Of a DNA stretch of 64,000 nucleotides, positions 37,359 to 47,447 are shown in pieces (position 1 is the first letter of the stretch; every line of letters starts with the position of its first letter). The stretch comes from Candidatus Omnitrophota bacterium. Lineage in GTDB: Bacteria; Omnitrophota; Gorgyraeia; B26-G9. Both the position numbers and the translations under genes were made by a program. The stretch lies in assembly GCA_043805415.1 (NCBI GenBank), contig JAZDHZ010000043.1:5844-69843 (forward strand), given 5' to 3'. The notes beneath the pieces were generated by a model. That model saw nothing but the letters and a program-made list of their open reading frames with translations. It did not search any database and had not been told where the DNA came from.

Positions 37359-38402
37359 ATGAGCAATCTTAGAGTAAACAAATTAAAAACCCAGCTTAAA
37401 AAAGCGAATATTGATGCCATGCTGGTCAGTTCTCCGGCTAATGTGCGTTATTTAAGCGGTTTTACTTCTGCTGAGTCCTGGCTGCTGATCAGCCCCAGCC
37501 AGAATATATTTATCAGTGATTTCCGTTATAAGCTCCAGGCTGAACAGGAAATTGATAAAAGTTTTCAAATCGAAATGGTGGCTAATTCTGTATATGCTTT
37601 AGTTGGACAGCTGGTAAATAAACTTAAAATCAGTTCGCTTTGCTTTGAGCCTGACCATATGACCTATAATCAATACAGCCGGATCAAAGCAGCTTTACCC
37701 CCAGATACACGGCTTGTAGCGGCTAAAGGCTTTGTCGAACAGCTGAGAATGCTTAAAAGTCCGCAAGAGATTATCTTAATCCGAAAAGCAGTTAAAATTG
37801 TCAAGAAATCACTAAATCAATTAAAACCTTTGATTAAACCCGGGGTCAGTGAACTGTTTCTTAAAAATAAGCTGGAACAAATGTTAAAAGATAATGGCTC
37901 AACTCAGCCGGCATTTGATACCATTGTTGCTTCAGGACCAAATGCCGCTATGCCGCACGCGGTTACCACCACACGCAAAATCGCTAAAAACGAACCGATT
38001 ATTATTGATGTGGGCGCAACTGTTAATGGTTATAAATCCGACTTGACAAGGACTTTCTTTTCAGGTAAAATTAGCCAGTACATTGAATATTATAAACTCG
38101 TTGCTACTGCTCAAGATAGAGCAATTAAGCTAATCCGGCCGCTGGTTAAGATTCAGAGTATTGACCAAGCAGCAAGACAAGTGCTTAAAAACGCTAATCT
38201 GGATAAGTATTTTGGTCATTCGCTAGGTCATGGAGTTGGTTTAGAAATTCATGAAGGTCCGAATATTTCAGACAAAAACACTATGCGCTTAAAAAGTTCA
38301 ATGGTATTTACAATCGAGCCTGGTATCTATATCCCCGGCTCTGGCGGAATTAGAATAGAGGATATGGTCTTAGTTACTAACAAAGGATGTGAGATTTTAT
38401 AA
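37359..38402 (+). CDS. Xaa-Pro aminopeptidase (M24)
   Basis: GYKSDLTRT, HSLGHGVGLEIHE, TIEPGIY, GIRIED. Confidence 0.93.
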   Translation: MSNLRVNKLKTQLKKANIDAMLVSSPANVRYLSGFTSAESWLLISPSQNIFISDFRYKLQAEQEIDKSFQIEMVANSVYALVGQLVNKLKISSLCFEPDHMTYNQYSRIKAALPPDTRLVAAKGFVEQLRMLKSPQEIILIRKAVKIVKKSLNQLKPLIKPGVSELFLKNKLEQMLKDNGSTQPAFDTIVASGPNAAMPHAVTTTRKIAKNEPIIIDVGATVNGYKSDLTRTFFSGKISQYIEYYKLVATAQDRAIKLIRPLVKIQSIDQAARQVLKNANLDKYFGHSLGHGVGLEIHEGPNISDKNTMRLKSSMVFTIEPGIYIPGSGGIRIEDMVLVTNKGCEIL

Positions 38403-38404
38403 TT

Positions 38405-38962
38405 ATGATAACAGCAAATCAGTTTAAAACCGGATTAACACTTGAATATGAAGGCGGAATCTATGTGATAGTTGATTTTCAGCCGGTTAAGCCAGGAAAA
38501 GGCGCGGCTTTTACCCGAACAAAAATGCGCAACTTAAGAACTAAAAAGATATTAGAAAGAACATTCAGAGTTGAGGAGAAATTGGAAGTCGCGTTTATTG
38601 AAGAAAAAAAAATGCAGTATCTTTATGCCGCGGGAAATACTTATCATTTCATGGATCAGGAAACATATGAACAAGCAACCATGGATAAAAGTGTTTTAGG
38701 TGATATTGTCGGGTATTTAAAGGAAAATATGGATGTTTCGCTTATCAGCTACAAAAAAGAGCTCTTGGACGTAAATCTGCCGATTTTTGTTGAGCTGACG
38801 ATTACCCATACTGAACCAGGGATAAAAGGCGATACAACCAAGAGTTCTTTAAAACCAGCTACTTTGGAAACCGGAGCAACAATTTCCGTGCCTTTATTTG
38901 TTAATCAGGGTGATCGGATAAAAATTGATACGCGAACCGGCGCGTATGTGGAAAGAGTTTAG
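38405..38962 (+). CDS. efp: elongation factor P
   Basis: VKPGKGAAF, KPATLETG, VPLFV...IDTRTG. Confidence 0.97.
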   Translation: MITANQFKTGLTLEYEGGIYVIVDFQPVKPGKGAAFTRTKMRNLRTKKILERTFRVEEKLEVAFIEEKKMQYLYAAGNTYHFMDQETYEQATMDKSVLGDIVGYLKENMDVSLISYKKELLDVNLPIFVELTITHTEPGIKGDTTKSSLKPATLETGATISVPLFVNQGDRIKIDTRTGAYVERV

Positions 38963-39061
38963 TTTTTTTCATTTTTAGTATATAATAAAGAAGCAGAATA
39001 ATGAACATTAATCAGGAATAAATAATAAAGCAGTTTGGACTTTTAATGTTAGGAGTTGCTT

Positions 39062-39526
39062 ATGAATTTAAAAGAAATTAAAGAAATGGTAGCATTAATG
39101 AAAGACAATGATCTAACTGAGCTGGAGTTAGAAAAAGAAGGCTTGAAAATTCGTTTAAGCCGAGGTGGTGCTGCAAATAATGTGGTGTTTGAAAGAATGC
39201 CGCAGCAGTCAAATATGGGATATATGGGGCAATCGCCGGATGTGAATCAGCTAGTAACTCAAGCAGTAGCTGCTCCGATAAACGGCGGAATGGAAATAAA
39301 GGCGCCGATGGTCGGAACTTTTTATCGTGCTCCGTCTCCGGATGCAAGTCCTTTTGTGGAAGTCGGCGGTATGGTTGAGATCGGCCAGGTTATCTGTATT
39401 ATAGAAGCAATGAAATTAATGAATGAAATTAAATCTGAAGTTAGAGGTAAGATAAAAGCAATTAATGTGGAAAACGCTGACCCAATCGAATTTGGTCAGG
39501 TACTTTTTGTTATTGAACCAAGCTGA
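39062..39526 (+). CDS. accB: acetyl-CoA carboxylase biotin carboxyl carrier protein
   Basis: APMVGTFYRAP, IEAMKLMNEI; RBS AGGAG. Confidence 0.97.
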   Translation: MNLKEIKEMVALMKDNDLTELELEKEGLKIRLSRGGAANNVVFERMPQQSNMGYMGQSPDVNQLVTQAVAAPINGGMEIKAPMVGTFYRAPSPDASPFVEVGGMVEIGQVICIIEAMKLMNEIKSEVRGKIKAINVENADPIEFGQVLFVIEPS

Positions 39527-39539
39527 TTAGGGAAAAATT

Positions 39540-40889
39540 ATGTTTTCAAAAATTCTTATAGCCAATAGAGGCGAAATCGCGTTAAGAATCATCCGGGCGT
39601 GTAAAGAAATGGGGATCAGGACTGTAGCGGTTTATTCCGAAGCTGATGCTAGTTCTATGCATGTGCAATTTGCTGATGAATCTGTATGTATCGGGCCAGC
39701 CCAAGGAACAGCGAGTTATTTAAACATTGCCGCGATCATGAGTGCCGCGGAAATTACGGATGTGGAAGCAATTCACCCGGGATACGGCTTTCTTTCGGAA
39801 AACGCGCATTTCGCGGAAATATGTGAATCATGCCATATTAATTTTATTGGACCAACTCCGGATAATATCCGGTCTTTGGGTGATAAAATGATGGCCAAAG
39901 ATTCAATGCGCAAAGCTGGAGTGCCGGTAATTCCCGGATCCGGGGGGCTGATTGATAATAAGGATGTGGCAATTAAAATCGCCAATAAGATAAAATATCC
40001 GGTGATTATTAAAGCCGCCAGCGGCGGCGGGGGAAAAGGCATGCGCGTGGCGCATAATGACGTGCGTCTGGTAAGCTCAATACTCGCGGCTCAAACCGAA
40101 GCAGAAGCAAATTTCGGCAGCGGGAGTGTTTATTTGGAAAAATATTTTGAAAAACCCCGGCATATTGAAGTGCAGATCCTGGCAGATAAATACGGCCATG
40201 TAATTCATTTAGGGGAAAGAGATTGTACAGTACAGCGCAGACATCAGAAATTGATTGAGGAAACTCCTTCTCCGGCCTTGGACGCGAAAACCCGGAAAAA
40301 ACTTCATGAAACAGCGGTGCGCGCGGCCAAAGCTGTAAATTACACCAGCGCCGGAACAATTGAGTTTCTCTTGGATTCTGACGGGAAATTTTATTTTATG
40401 GAGATGAATACCCGGATCCAGGTAGAACATACGGTTACGGAAATGGTAACCGGGGTTGATTTGATTAAAGAACAGATAAAAATCGCGGCCGGAGAAAAAT
40501 TAAAACTCACGCAGGAAGATATAAAAATTAACGGCTGTTCTATGGAATGCCGGATCAATGCCGAAGACCCGGATAATAATTTCATGCCTTGTCCGGGAAC
40601 AATTGAAAGTCTGCATATGCCCGGCGGCAGAGGGATAAGAGTGGATTCGCATGTTTACAGCGGATATAAAATATCGCCTTACTATGATTCTATGATTGCC
40701 AAATTAATTGTCCATGGGAAAGATCGAAAAGAAGCGATAAAAATTATGCAAAGAGCATTGGACGAATTTGTTATCAGCCCGATAAAGACAACGATTCCAT
40801 TTCATAAAGCTGTTTTTACCAATCCGCAGTTTTTAAAAGGGGATTATTATACGAATTTCGTGGAAAAACTTCTGGAAAATAAAGTTTAA
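39540..40889 (+). CDS. accC: acetyl-CoA carboxylase biotin carboxylase
   Basis: [41 protein letters not shown]. Confidence 0.97.
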   Translation: MFSKILIANRGEIALRIIRACKEMGIRTVAVYSEADASSMHVQFADESVCIGPAQGTASYLNIAAIMSAAEITDVEAIHPGYGFLSENAHFAEICESCHINFIGPTPDNIRSLGDKMMAKDSMRKAGVPVIPGSGGLIDNKDVAIKIANKIKYPVIIKAASGGGGKGMRVAHNDVRLVSSILAAQTEAEANFGSGSVYLEKYFEKPRHIEVQILADKYGHVIHLGERDCTVQRRHQKLIEETPSPALDAKTRKKLHETAVRAAKAVNYTSAGTIEFLLDSDGKFYFMEMNTRIQVEHTVTEMVTGVDLIKEQIKIAAGEKLKLTQEDIKINGCSMECRINAEDPDNNFMPCPGTIESLHMPGGRGIRVDSHVYSGYKISPYYDSMIAKLIVHGKDRKEAIKIMQRALDEFVISPIKTTIPFHKAVFTNPQFLKGDYYTNFVEKLLENKV

Positions 40890-40901
40890 AAGGGGGAAGC
40901 T

Positions 40902-41267
40902 GTGACAGAAAAAGATAAAAAAAACGATTTAGGAGTTTTGAAAATCAATAATGAAGTAATTGCTTCTATTGCCCGAAACGCCGCTTTGCAGGTTGACGGA
41001 GTTGAGAGTGTGAAACGCGGTATGTTTTCAATGCTCAGTGACTTGTTCAGTAAAGGATATCATCATAAAGGAATCACTTTGGATATCAGCGACAGTGAAG
41101 TCAAAATCGGAGTAACGATTGTAGTGCGTTATGGCGTGACTATTCCGGATGTTTCCAGTTTAGTTCAGGAAAACATCCGCGCGGCGATTGAAGAAATGAC
41201 TGGATTATCTGTGTCTGAAGTCAATGTGAATATCGCTGACATCCATTCGGAAGAATCCGAAAACTAA
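40902..41267 (+). CDS. Asp23/Gls24 family envelope stress protein
   Basis: INNEVIASIA...YGVTIPDV...VQENI...EEMTGLSVSEVNVNI. Confidence 0.9.
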   Translation: MTEKDKKNDLGVLKINNEVIASIARNAALQVDGVESVKRGMFSMLSDLFSKGYHHKGITLDISDSEVKIGVTIVVRYGVTIPDVSSLVQENIRAAIEEMTGLSVSEVNVNIADIHSEESEN

Positions 41268-41280
41268 AAAGGGGGAATTT

Positions 41281-41865
41281 ATGCGGATTTTTAACAAGAT
41301 TATTGTTTTTTTCTACTCACTTATCTTTGTTTTAATTGGTACTGGTTTAATTTTTTTCGCGTTTCATTTAGCGGGCAAATATGATTTAAGTATTTTGATT
41401 GAGTATATAATAAATTTCCCTAACTTGCATTTGATTGTCGGTCTAACCGGTATCTTGTTAATTTTAGTCAGTATTTCTCTAGCGAATATTTCCTTTAAGA
41501 AATTTCAGGCGGAAAAAACAATCGGTTATGCTACTAATGGCGGACAGATAATTATTTCTCTGGGAGCGATTGAGGATTTTATCCGTAAACTTGTTAATCA
41601 GCTTCCTGAGGTCAAAGAGCTTCGGTCCGAAGTGTTTGTGACCAGAAAAAGAATTGAAATTGAAACCCGGGTAGTGCTTTGGTCAACTTCCAATATTCCG
41701 GAGATTACAGAGAAAATTCAGTCTTCAATCCAGGTGCAGGTTCAGACCTTATTAGCCGGCATAGAAAAACCGATTATGGTTAATATGCATGTGGTAAAAA
41801 TCGCGCCGAAAGATTTTGATAAAAATAAAAAAATAAAACAGCAGGAAATACCATTTCTGCGTTAA
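41281..41865 (+). CDS. amaP: alkaline shock response membrane anchor AmaP-like protein
   Basis: Two N-terminal TMs, then GQIIISLGAIEDFI...NIPEITEKIQ; adjacent to asp23. Confidence 0.75.
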   Translation: MRIFNKIIVFFYSLIFVLIGTGLIFFAFHLAGKYDLSILIEYIINFPNLHLIVGLTGILLILVSISLANISFKKFQAEKTIGYATNGGQIIISLGAIEDFIRKLVNQLPEVKELRSEVFVTRKRIEIETRVVLWSTSNIPEITEKIQSSIQVQVQTLLAGIEKPIMVNMHVVKIAPKDFDKNKKIKQQEIPFLR

Positions 41866-41887
41866 AATAATGGGGTTAGGTATCCGC

Positions 41888-42457
41888 ATGAAAGCAACTG
41901 TTCAGGAAATATTAATTAATTCTAGCCAGGTGATTCAAGCTGTTGCCGCGAAAAACAGCGAGCAGATAATCGCGATCAGTAAAGCGATTATCGCGGCTTA
42001 TCAAAATGATAAAAAGTTATTGGTATTCGGCAATGGCGGCAGCGCTGCTGATGCTCAGCACATGGCCGCGGAACTTGTCGGCAGGTTTAAAAAAGAACGC
42101 AGAGCATTCGCGGCAATCGCCCTAAGCACTAATACTTCGATTCTCACGGCCTTAGCTAATGATTATAGCTATGATTATGTTTTTGAGCGTCAGGTAGAAG
42201 CCTTATGTCAAAAAGATGATATTGTGATTGGAATTTCCACCAGCGGCAAAGCAAAAAATGTTATTACTGCCTTGAAAAAAGCCCGGGGAAAAGGGGCATT
42301 TACCATTGCTTTAACCGGAGCCAAAGGCGATAATCTGAACGAATTAGCTGATATTTGTCTGATGGTCCCATCTGATGATACTCCGCGCATCCAAGAAGCG
42401 CATATTACGATTATTCATATTATTTGTAAGCTTGTGGAAGATGCTCTGACAAAATGA
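41888..42457 (+). CDS. gmhA: D-sedoheptulose 7-phosphate isomerase
   Basis: FGNGGSAADAQHMAAE, ANDY, GISTSG, TPRIQEAH. Confidence 0.95.
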   Translation: MKATVQEILINSSQVIQAVAAKNSEQIIAISKAIIAAYQNDKKLLVFGNGGSAADAQHMAAELVGRFKKERRAFAAIALSTNTSILTALANDYSYDYVFERQVEALCQKDDIVIGISTSGKAKNVITALKKARGKGAFTIALTGAKGDNLNELADICLMVPSDDTPRIQEAHITIIHIICKLVEDALTK

Positions 42458-42936
42458 TAAAAGCAAAAATAAAAACACTGCCGATTCTGGCTAAAATTAT
42501 TGCTGAACATAAGCAAGCCAAGAAAAAAATCGTATTTACTAATGGCTGTTTTGATCTTATGCATCGCGGACACGCGAATTATCTGGAAAGAGCCAAGAAA
42601 AAAGGCGATATTCTGGTTGTGGCCATAAATAGCGATGCGTCGGTTAGAAAATTAAAAGGCAAGTCTCGTCCGATTAATAGCCAGCTGGATAGATCTGAGC
42701 TTATTGCCGCGCTTGAGAGCGTTGACTATGTGACAATTTTTTCACAGTCAACTCCGCTTGAGGTAATAAAAAAAATCAGGCCGGATGTTCTGGTTAAAGG
42801 CGCTGATTGGAAGGCCAGTGATATTGTCGGGGCTGATATTTTAAAACAATATGGCGGAAAAATTGCCCGGGAAAAATTTCTCAGCGGCTATTCGACGACT
42901 AAACTGATTGAAAAAATTGCTAAAACAAAACTTTGA
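42454..42936 (+). CDS. rfaE2: D-glycero-beta-D-manno-heptose 1-phosphate adenylyltransferase
   Basis: VFTNGCFDLMHRGH, NSDASVRKLKG-RP, VKGADW, STT. Confidence 0.95.
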   Translation: MIKAKIKTLPILAKIIAEHKQAKKKIVFTNGCFDLMHRGHANYLERAKKKGDILVVAINSDASVRKLKGKSRPINSQLDRSELIAALESVDYVTIFSQSTPLEVIKKIRPDVLVKGADWKASDIVGADILKQYGGKIAREKFLSGYSTTKLIEKIAKTKL

Positions 42937-43369
42937 AAATATTAAGCTGGACAGATTACTTGATGCTAATGCCAATCGGCTAAAAGAAGGCTTGCGCGTA
43001 CTCGAGGATATTACCCGGTTTATTATTGATGATAGCCGCTTGACCGGACAGTTTAAAAAGATTCGCCACGCTGTCACTGCTTGCCTTAAAAGCAATAAAC
43101 TTACCGCGCCGGCGCGGATAATAAAAAAACGCCAGATTCAAACTGATGTGGGTAAAAAAACAATAGTTTCAGAACTAGAGAGAAAAAACATCGCGGATAT
43201 TTTTTTAGCTAATTGTCAGAGAGTAAAAGAGTCAATCCGGGTTTTGGAAGAATGCATGAAACTTTTTGACCGGAAAACCGCTCAGCGCTTTAAGTCAATG
43301 CGTTACAGCATTTATCATCTGGAAAAACGCTCTATTGAAAAAATCGTTAAAATATGTAATAATATTTAG
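42908..43369 (+). CDS. ThiD2-domain protein (stand-alone N-terminal domain of fused thiamine-phosphate synthases)
   Basis: RLLDANANRLKEGLRVLED...RH...DVG...NCQRVKESIRVLEE...RYSIYHLE. Confidence 0.85.
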   Translation: MKKLLKQNFENIKLDRLLDANANRLKEGLRVLEDITRFIIDDSRLTGQFKKIRHAVTACLKSNKLTAPARIIKKRQIQTDVGKKTIVSELERKNIADIFLANCQRVKESIRVLEECMKLFDRKTAQRFKSMRYSIYHLEKRSIEKIVKICNNI

Positions 43370-43587
43370 TATTCTTTTTATCGCTGATAAGAAGATAAAT
43401 TACAAAAACAACACAGCTTTTATCGCGGCCTTTAATTATTTGATCTGACTGCCTATAACTGGGAGTTTAATCCCTGTTTGATTTAAAGATAGAGTAATAT
43501 TGTTTATTCCTCTAACTAGTAGTTATTTCCTAATTACAGGGCAATCCTTGCGCCGCTTTTAAACGCTAAACCCAAAGAATAAACAAA

Positions 43588-44862
43588 ATGAAAACTCTAA
43601 TTGAATCCGCCAGATCCGGTAAGTCCACCTTACTTGTTGAGCAAATAGCAAAAAAAGAAAATATCGCCCCCAAACTGCTGTTAGACTACATTGCCCAGGG
43701 TAAAGTAGTTATTCCGGTCAATAATATTCGTAAACTAAAAAAGCCTTGCGGCATTGGCCAAATGATGAGTGTAAAGATAAATGCTAATCTCGGAACATCT
43801 CCGGATGAATCAGACGCCAAAAACGAGCTTAAAAAATTAAAAACCGCGATTGAATTCGGCGCGGATACTGTAATGGATTTAAGCATTGCCGGTGATATCA
43901 GAAAAACCCAAAAGCTGTTGATTGATAACTGCTGTGTGCCTTTAGGCACTGTGCCGCTTTATGAAATCGCTTTATCGGCGAAAAAACTTCGCGGGAGTAT
44001 CTATAATTTAACCAAAGATGATTTTCTCGATATCCTAACCGCGCAGGCTAAAACCGGAGTTGATTTTTTTACGATTCATTCCGGAATCACTAAGCAAACT
44101 TTAAAATGTCTGGAGCAAAATCCCCGGTTTATGGGTATTGTCAGCCGCGGGGGAGCAATAACTGCTGACTGGATTAAAAAAACCCAAAAAGAAAATCCGT
44201 TTTATGAATATTTTGATGATGTAATTAAAATTTGCAAAAAATATGATATTACCCTTAGCTTAGGCGATGGCTTAAGGCCAGGAACAGTTGTTGATGCTAC
44301 GGATAAACCGCAAATCGCTGAGTTAAAGCTGCTCGGGAAACTGGCTAAGCAGGCGCTAGCGCAAGGCGTGCAGGTGATGATTGAAGGTCCGGGACATATT
44401 CCGATTGATCAAATCAGCCGGAATATTGCTTTGCAGAAAAAATATTGCGACGGAGCTCCGTTTTATGTTTTAGGACCATTGGTAACGGATATCGGCATGG
44501 GTTATGACCATATAACCGCGGCCATTGGTTCGGGAATTGCCGCTGCCTGCGGAGCGGATTTTATTTGTTTTGTTACTCCGGCGGAACATATTAAGCTGCC
44601 GAATGTGGAGGATATTAAACTAGGCGTGATTGCCAGCCGGATAGCCGCGCACAGCGGTGATTTAGCCCGCGGCAATAAGCAGGCATGGGAAAAAGACCGG
44701 TTAATGAGTTTAGCGCGGAAAAAAAGAGATTGGGAAAAGCAGATTAACCTGTCGATGGATCCTGAGCTGATCAGAGCTAGTCGCAAAGCTTCTCAGTCCA
44801 AGGTTAATGATGCTTGTACCATGTGCGGTGAATTTTGTTCAATGAAACTTATGGATGATTAA
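43588..44862 (+). CDS. thiC: phosphomethylpyrimidine synthase
   Basis: KINANLGTS, GADTVMDLS, SLGDGLRPG, MIEGPGH, CTMCGEFC. Confidence 0.95.
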   Translation: MKTLIESARSGKSTLLVEQIAKKENIAPKLLLDYIAQGKVVIPVNNIRKLKKPCGIGQMMSVKINANLGTSPDESDAKNELKKLKTAIEFGADTVMDLSIAGDIRKTQKLLIDNCCVPLGTVPLYEIALSAKKLRGSIYNLTKDDFLDILTAQAKTGVDFFTIHSGITKQTLKCLEQNPRFMGIVSRGGAITADWIKKTQKENPFYEYFDDVIKICKKYDITLSLGDGLRPGTVVDATDKPQIAELKLLGKLAKQALAQGVQVMIEGPGHIPIDQISRNIALQKKYCDGAPFYVLGPLVTDIGMGYDHITAAIGSGIAAACGADFICFVTPAEHIKLPNVEDIKLGVIASRIAAHSGDLARGNKQAWEKDRLMSLARKKRDWEKQINLSMDPELIRASRKASQSKVNDACTMCGEFCSMKLMDD

Positions 44863-44883
44863 ATAAACATCTGATTGTCTATT

Positions 44884-44955
44884 GCGGGCGTAGTTTCCGC
44901 CGCCAAAGCGGCGAGACCTCGCCAAAACAAGGTTTTGGCGGGCAGTGGTAATCAG
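44884..44955 (+). pseudogene. duplicated 5' part of tRNA-Gly interrupted by a 47-nt twin-hairpin insertion
   Basis: GCGGGCGTAGTT [44896-44942] CAGTGGTA equals the first 20 nt of the downstream tRNA. Confidence 0.8.
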
Positions 44956-44986
44956 AATCATAGAAGTAAAATAACGCTTAATTATT

Positions 44987-45060
44987 GCGGGCGTAGTTCA
45001 GTGGTAGAACATCAGCTTCCCAAGCTGAATATGAGGGTTCGATTCCCTTCGCCCGCTCCA
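44987..45060 (+). tRNA. tRNA-Gly(CCC)
   Basis: 74-nt cloverleaf, TCAGC-TT-CCC-AA-GCTGA, GGTTCGATTCC, CCA end. Confidence 0.95.
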
Positions 45061-45128
45061 TGTATAAGCGACTGGCTAAAATCGGGATATTTTTACAGGC
45101 GCTTAATTAAGTAATGTTTTGAGGAAAA

Positions 45129-45806
45129 ATGAGAGTGGGAATAAGAGTTATATTAATAGTATTGCTTATTTTGACATCTGGCTGCTCCGCCAGACCAAAA
45201 ATTACTACTAGTACTTTGCCTTATGCTGTAGTGCATCCGAATGTAAAAGGCCAGTATCATATTGTAAAAAAAGGGGAAACCCTTTGGAGTATATCCAAGT
45301 GTTACGCGGTTAATTTAGACGCGATTGCCGAAATAAATAAAATTGATAACGCGAAAAGCATTGAAATCGGGCAAAAGATATTTATTCCGGATTCGCTGGC
45401 AAAGGATAATGCTGATTCGCAATGCAGTGTAAGTAATCTTTTTGATTGGCCTTATAAAGGGCAAATCCTACTGGGGTTTAATGAAAAAAAGCAGGATGTA
45501 AACAATCAAGGTATTGATATTGCCGCTAAACCCGGCAGTTCGATCAGCGCCGCAGCCGCGGGAAATATTGTGTTTACCTCGCAGAATTTGCGAGGTTATG
45601 GCCGAACAATAATCATTCGCCATAATAATGATTTTGTAACTGTATATAGTAATAATGATGAAAATTTAGTAAAAACAGGAGATTTCGTTAGACAAGGACA
45701 GGTCATTGCCAAGGCAGGAAGCACAGGCCGTGCTTCTAGTTGTCTGGTACATTTTGAGTTAAGGAAGAAGAATAAACCACAAAACCCGATATTGTATTTG
45801 CCTTAA
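45129..45806 (+). CDS. LysM + M23 lipoprotein (NlpD-like, catalytically degenerate)
   Basis: Lipobox-like LTSGC; HIVKKGETLWSI LysM; M23 with NQGIDI instead of HxGxD. Confidence 0.85.
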   Translation: MRVGIRVILIVLLILTSGCSARPKITTSTLPYAVVHPNVKGQYHIVKKGETLWSISKCYAVNLDAIAEINKIDNAKSIEIGQKIFIPDSLAKDNADSQCSVSNLFDWPYKGQILLGFNEKKQDVNNQGIDIAAKPGSSISAAAAGNIVFTSQNLRGYGRTIIIRHNNDFVTVYSNNDENLVKTGDFVRQGQVIAKAGSTGRASSCLVHFELRKKNKPQNPILYLP

Positions 45807-45827
45807 AGGGTAGAAATCAGGTGATCC

Positions 45828-47447
45828 ATGCTTTCTTTACAAAATAAAGGCCATGAGCGTTCTGATCTTTTAGAACTCCTGGAAAAGCGGGTAAGCGCTT
45901 TTAAGAATAAATACCGCCAGAATATCGCGATTATCGGTCATCAGGCTTTAGGTAAGACCGCTTTGGTTTTTGATTTATTAAAAATCATTAAAGACGGCGC
46001 AATAATTCCGATATATTTGCAGGTTAAAACAAAATCGTTTGAATTATTTACCAAAAATTTTATCGGTGTTCTGCTGTATGAGTATTTAGCTTTAGAAACA
46101 GGGGAAATTGAAGACAGTTTTGAATTTTTATTAGCCAAATGCAAAGAAACCGCCCCGAAAACCGCTAAAGCGATTAATAATATCAATAAATTATTAAAAG
46201 ATGAGGCAGAGTATGATGAGATTTATACTCAGCTATTAGATTTGCCTCAGATCTTATACGATGAAACAAAAAAACCCGTATTGCTGATTTTTGATGAGTT
46301 TCAGAATCTGGAAGATTTTAAACTAAGCAATCCGTTTTTAGAACTGAGCAATAAAATCATGGTGCAGAAAAACACCATGTATATAGTAGTAAGTTCTCAG
46401 ATTCATAATTCATTAAATATCCTTTCAAAAAAATTGAGCCTTTTGTTCGGGAATTTTGAAATGATAAATGTACAGCCTTTTGATAATAATATTGCCGGTC
46501 AGTTCATTGAAAATAAACTTGATAAAATAAAAATTGATTGTTTGCTGAAAAACTTTATTATTCATTTTAGCGGAGCATATCCGTTTTATTTAAGTGTGAT
46601 TTGTGAGCAGCTAAAGTGTATTTGCCTGGAAAATTCGATAGAGACTGTAACGGAAAAGGAATTATTGCTCAGTCTGATCGAGTTAATGCATAATGATCAT
46701 GGAGTGATAAATCAATATTTTAATCATAAATACCATGCTATTTTAAATATTAATCATAAAAATCTTTATCCGCTGATTTTGCTGGTGATTGCCAATGGGA
46801 CAAAAAAAACCTCGCAAATCGGCAAACAGTTAAATAAAAAAGCTCCGGAAATAAATCGGCATTTAACCGCTCTGGCGCAAAAAGATATTATCTCAAAACG
46901 GGGAGTGTTTAATGAAATAAACGACCCCTTATTAATTTATTGGCTTAGGTTTGTTATGGCTAAGCAGGAAAATTCGTTCAGCACTGATCAGGAAAAAGCA
47001 ACGCGAAGATTTGAGGCTGATATCCAGGGGCTTTTAAAACTATTTATTCAGGAATCTGAGAAAAAAGTACCGCAAAGATTAAAAGAAGTATTTGAGCTGT
47101 TTGAAAACGATATTGTGGAATTAGATCGCAAGCGATTTATGCTTACGCATTTTGATGAAATAGATATTCATGATAATAATGGCGCGTGCTTAGTTAATGC
47201 CCGCAGACTTAAAAAATCATGGATTTGCTGCATTGAAAAGAATTTTGTGGATGAAGCTAAAATCGGATATTTTCTTGAAAAAGCAAAGCGCAAAGAGTTT
47301 ATTAAAAAAATCCTCATCACTTTAGACGGCATTGATGCCAATGCCAGATTAAAGGCTTTAGACGCTAAAGTATGGATCTGGGATCAAAATATACTTAATG
47401 AATTATTAACATTATTTGAAAAACCAAGGCTGATAAAATGCGAATAG
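45828..47447 (+). CDS. archaeal-ATPase-like P-loop protein with wHTH and C-terminal alpha/beta domain
   Basis: AIIGHQALGKT Walker A, LLIFDEFQ Walker B, SGAYPFYL, INDPLLIYWL. Confidence 0.75.
   Translation: MLSLQNKGHERSDLLELLEKRVSAFKNKYRQNIAIIGHQALGKTALVFDLLKIIKDGAIIPIYLQVKTKSFELFTKNFIGVLLYEYLALETGEIEDSFEFLLAKCKETAPKTAKAINNINKLLKDEAEYDEIYTQLLDLPQILYDETKKPVLLIFDEFQNLEDFKLSNPFLELSNKIMVQKNTMYIVVSSQIHNSLNILSKKLSLLFGNFEMINVQPFDNNIAGQFIENKLDKIKIDCLLKNFIIHFSGAYPFYLSVICEQLKCICLENSIETVTEKELLLSLIELMHNDHGVINQYFNHKYHAILNINHKNLYPLILLVIANGTKKTSQIGKQLNKKAPEINRHLTALAQKDIISKRGVFNEINDPLLIYWLRFVMAKQENSFSTDQEKATRRFEADIQGLLKLFIQESEKKVPQRLKEVFELFENDIVELDRKRFMLTHFDEIDIHDNNGACLVNARRLKKSWICCIEKNFVDEAKIGYFLEKAKRKEFIKKILITLDGIDANARLKALDAKVWIWDQNILNELLTLFEKPRLIKCE

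Noticed and set aside
43370-43587. TPP riboswitch upstream of thiC
   Set aside because: No CTGAGA or ACCTGA..GATAATGCC.GCG consensus
44875-45114. 79-aa ORF
   Set aside because: Overlaps tRNA-Gly and its upstream duplicate, so it is a shadow ORF
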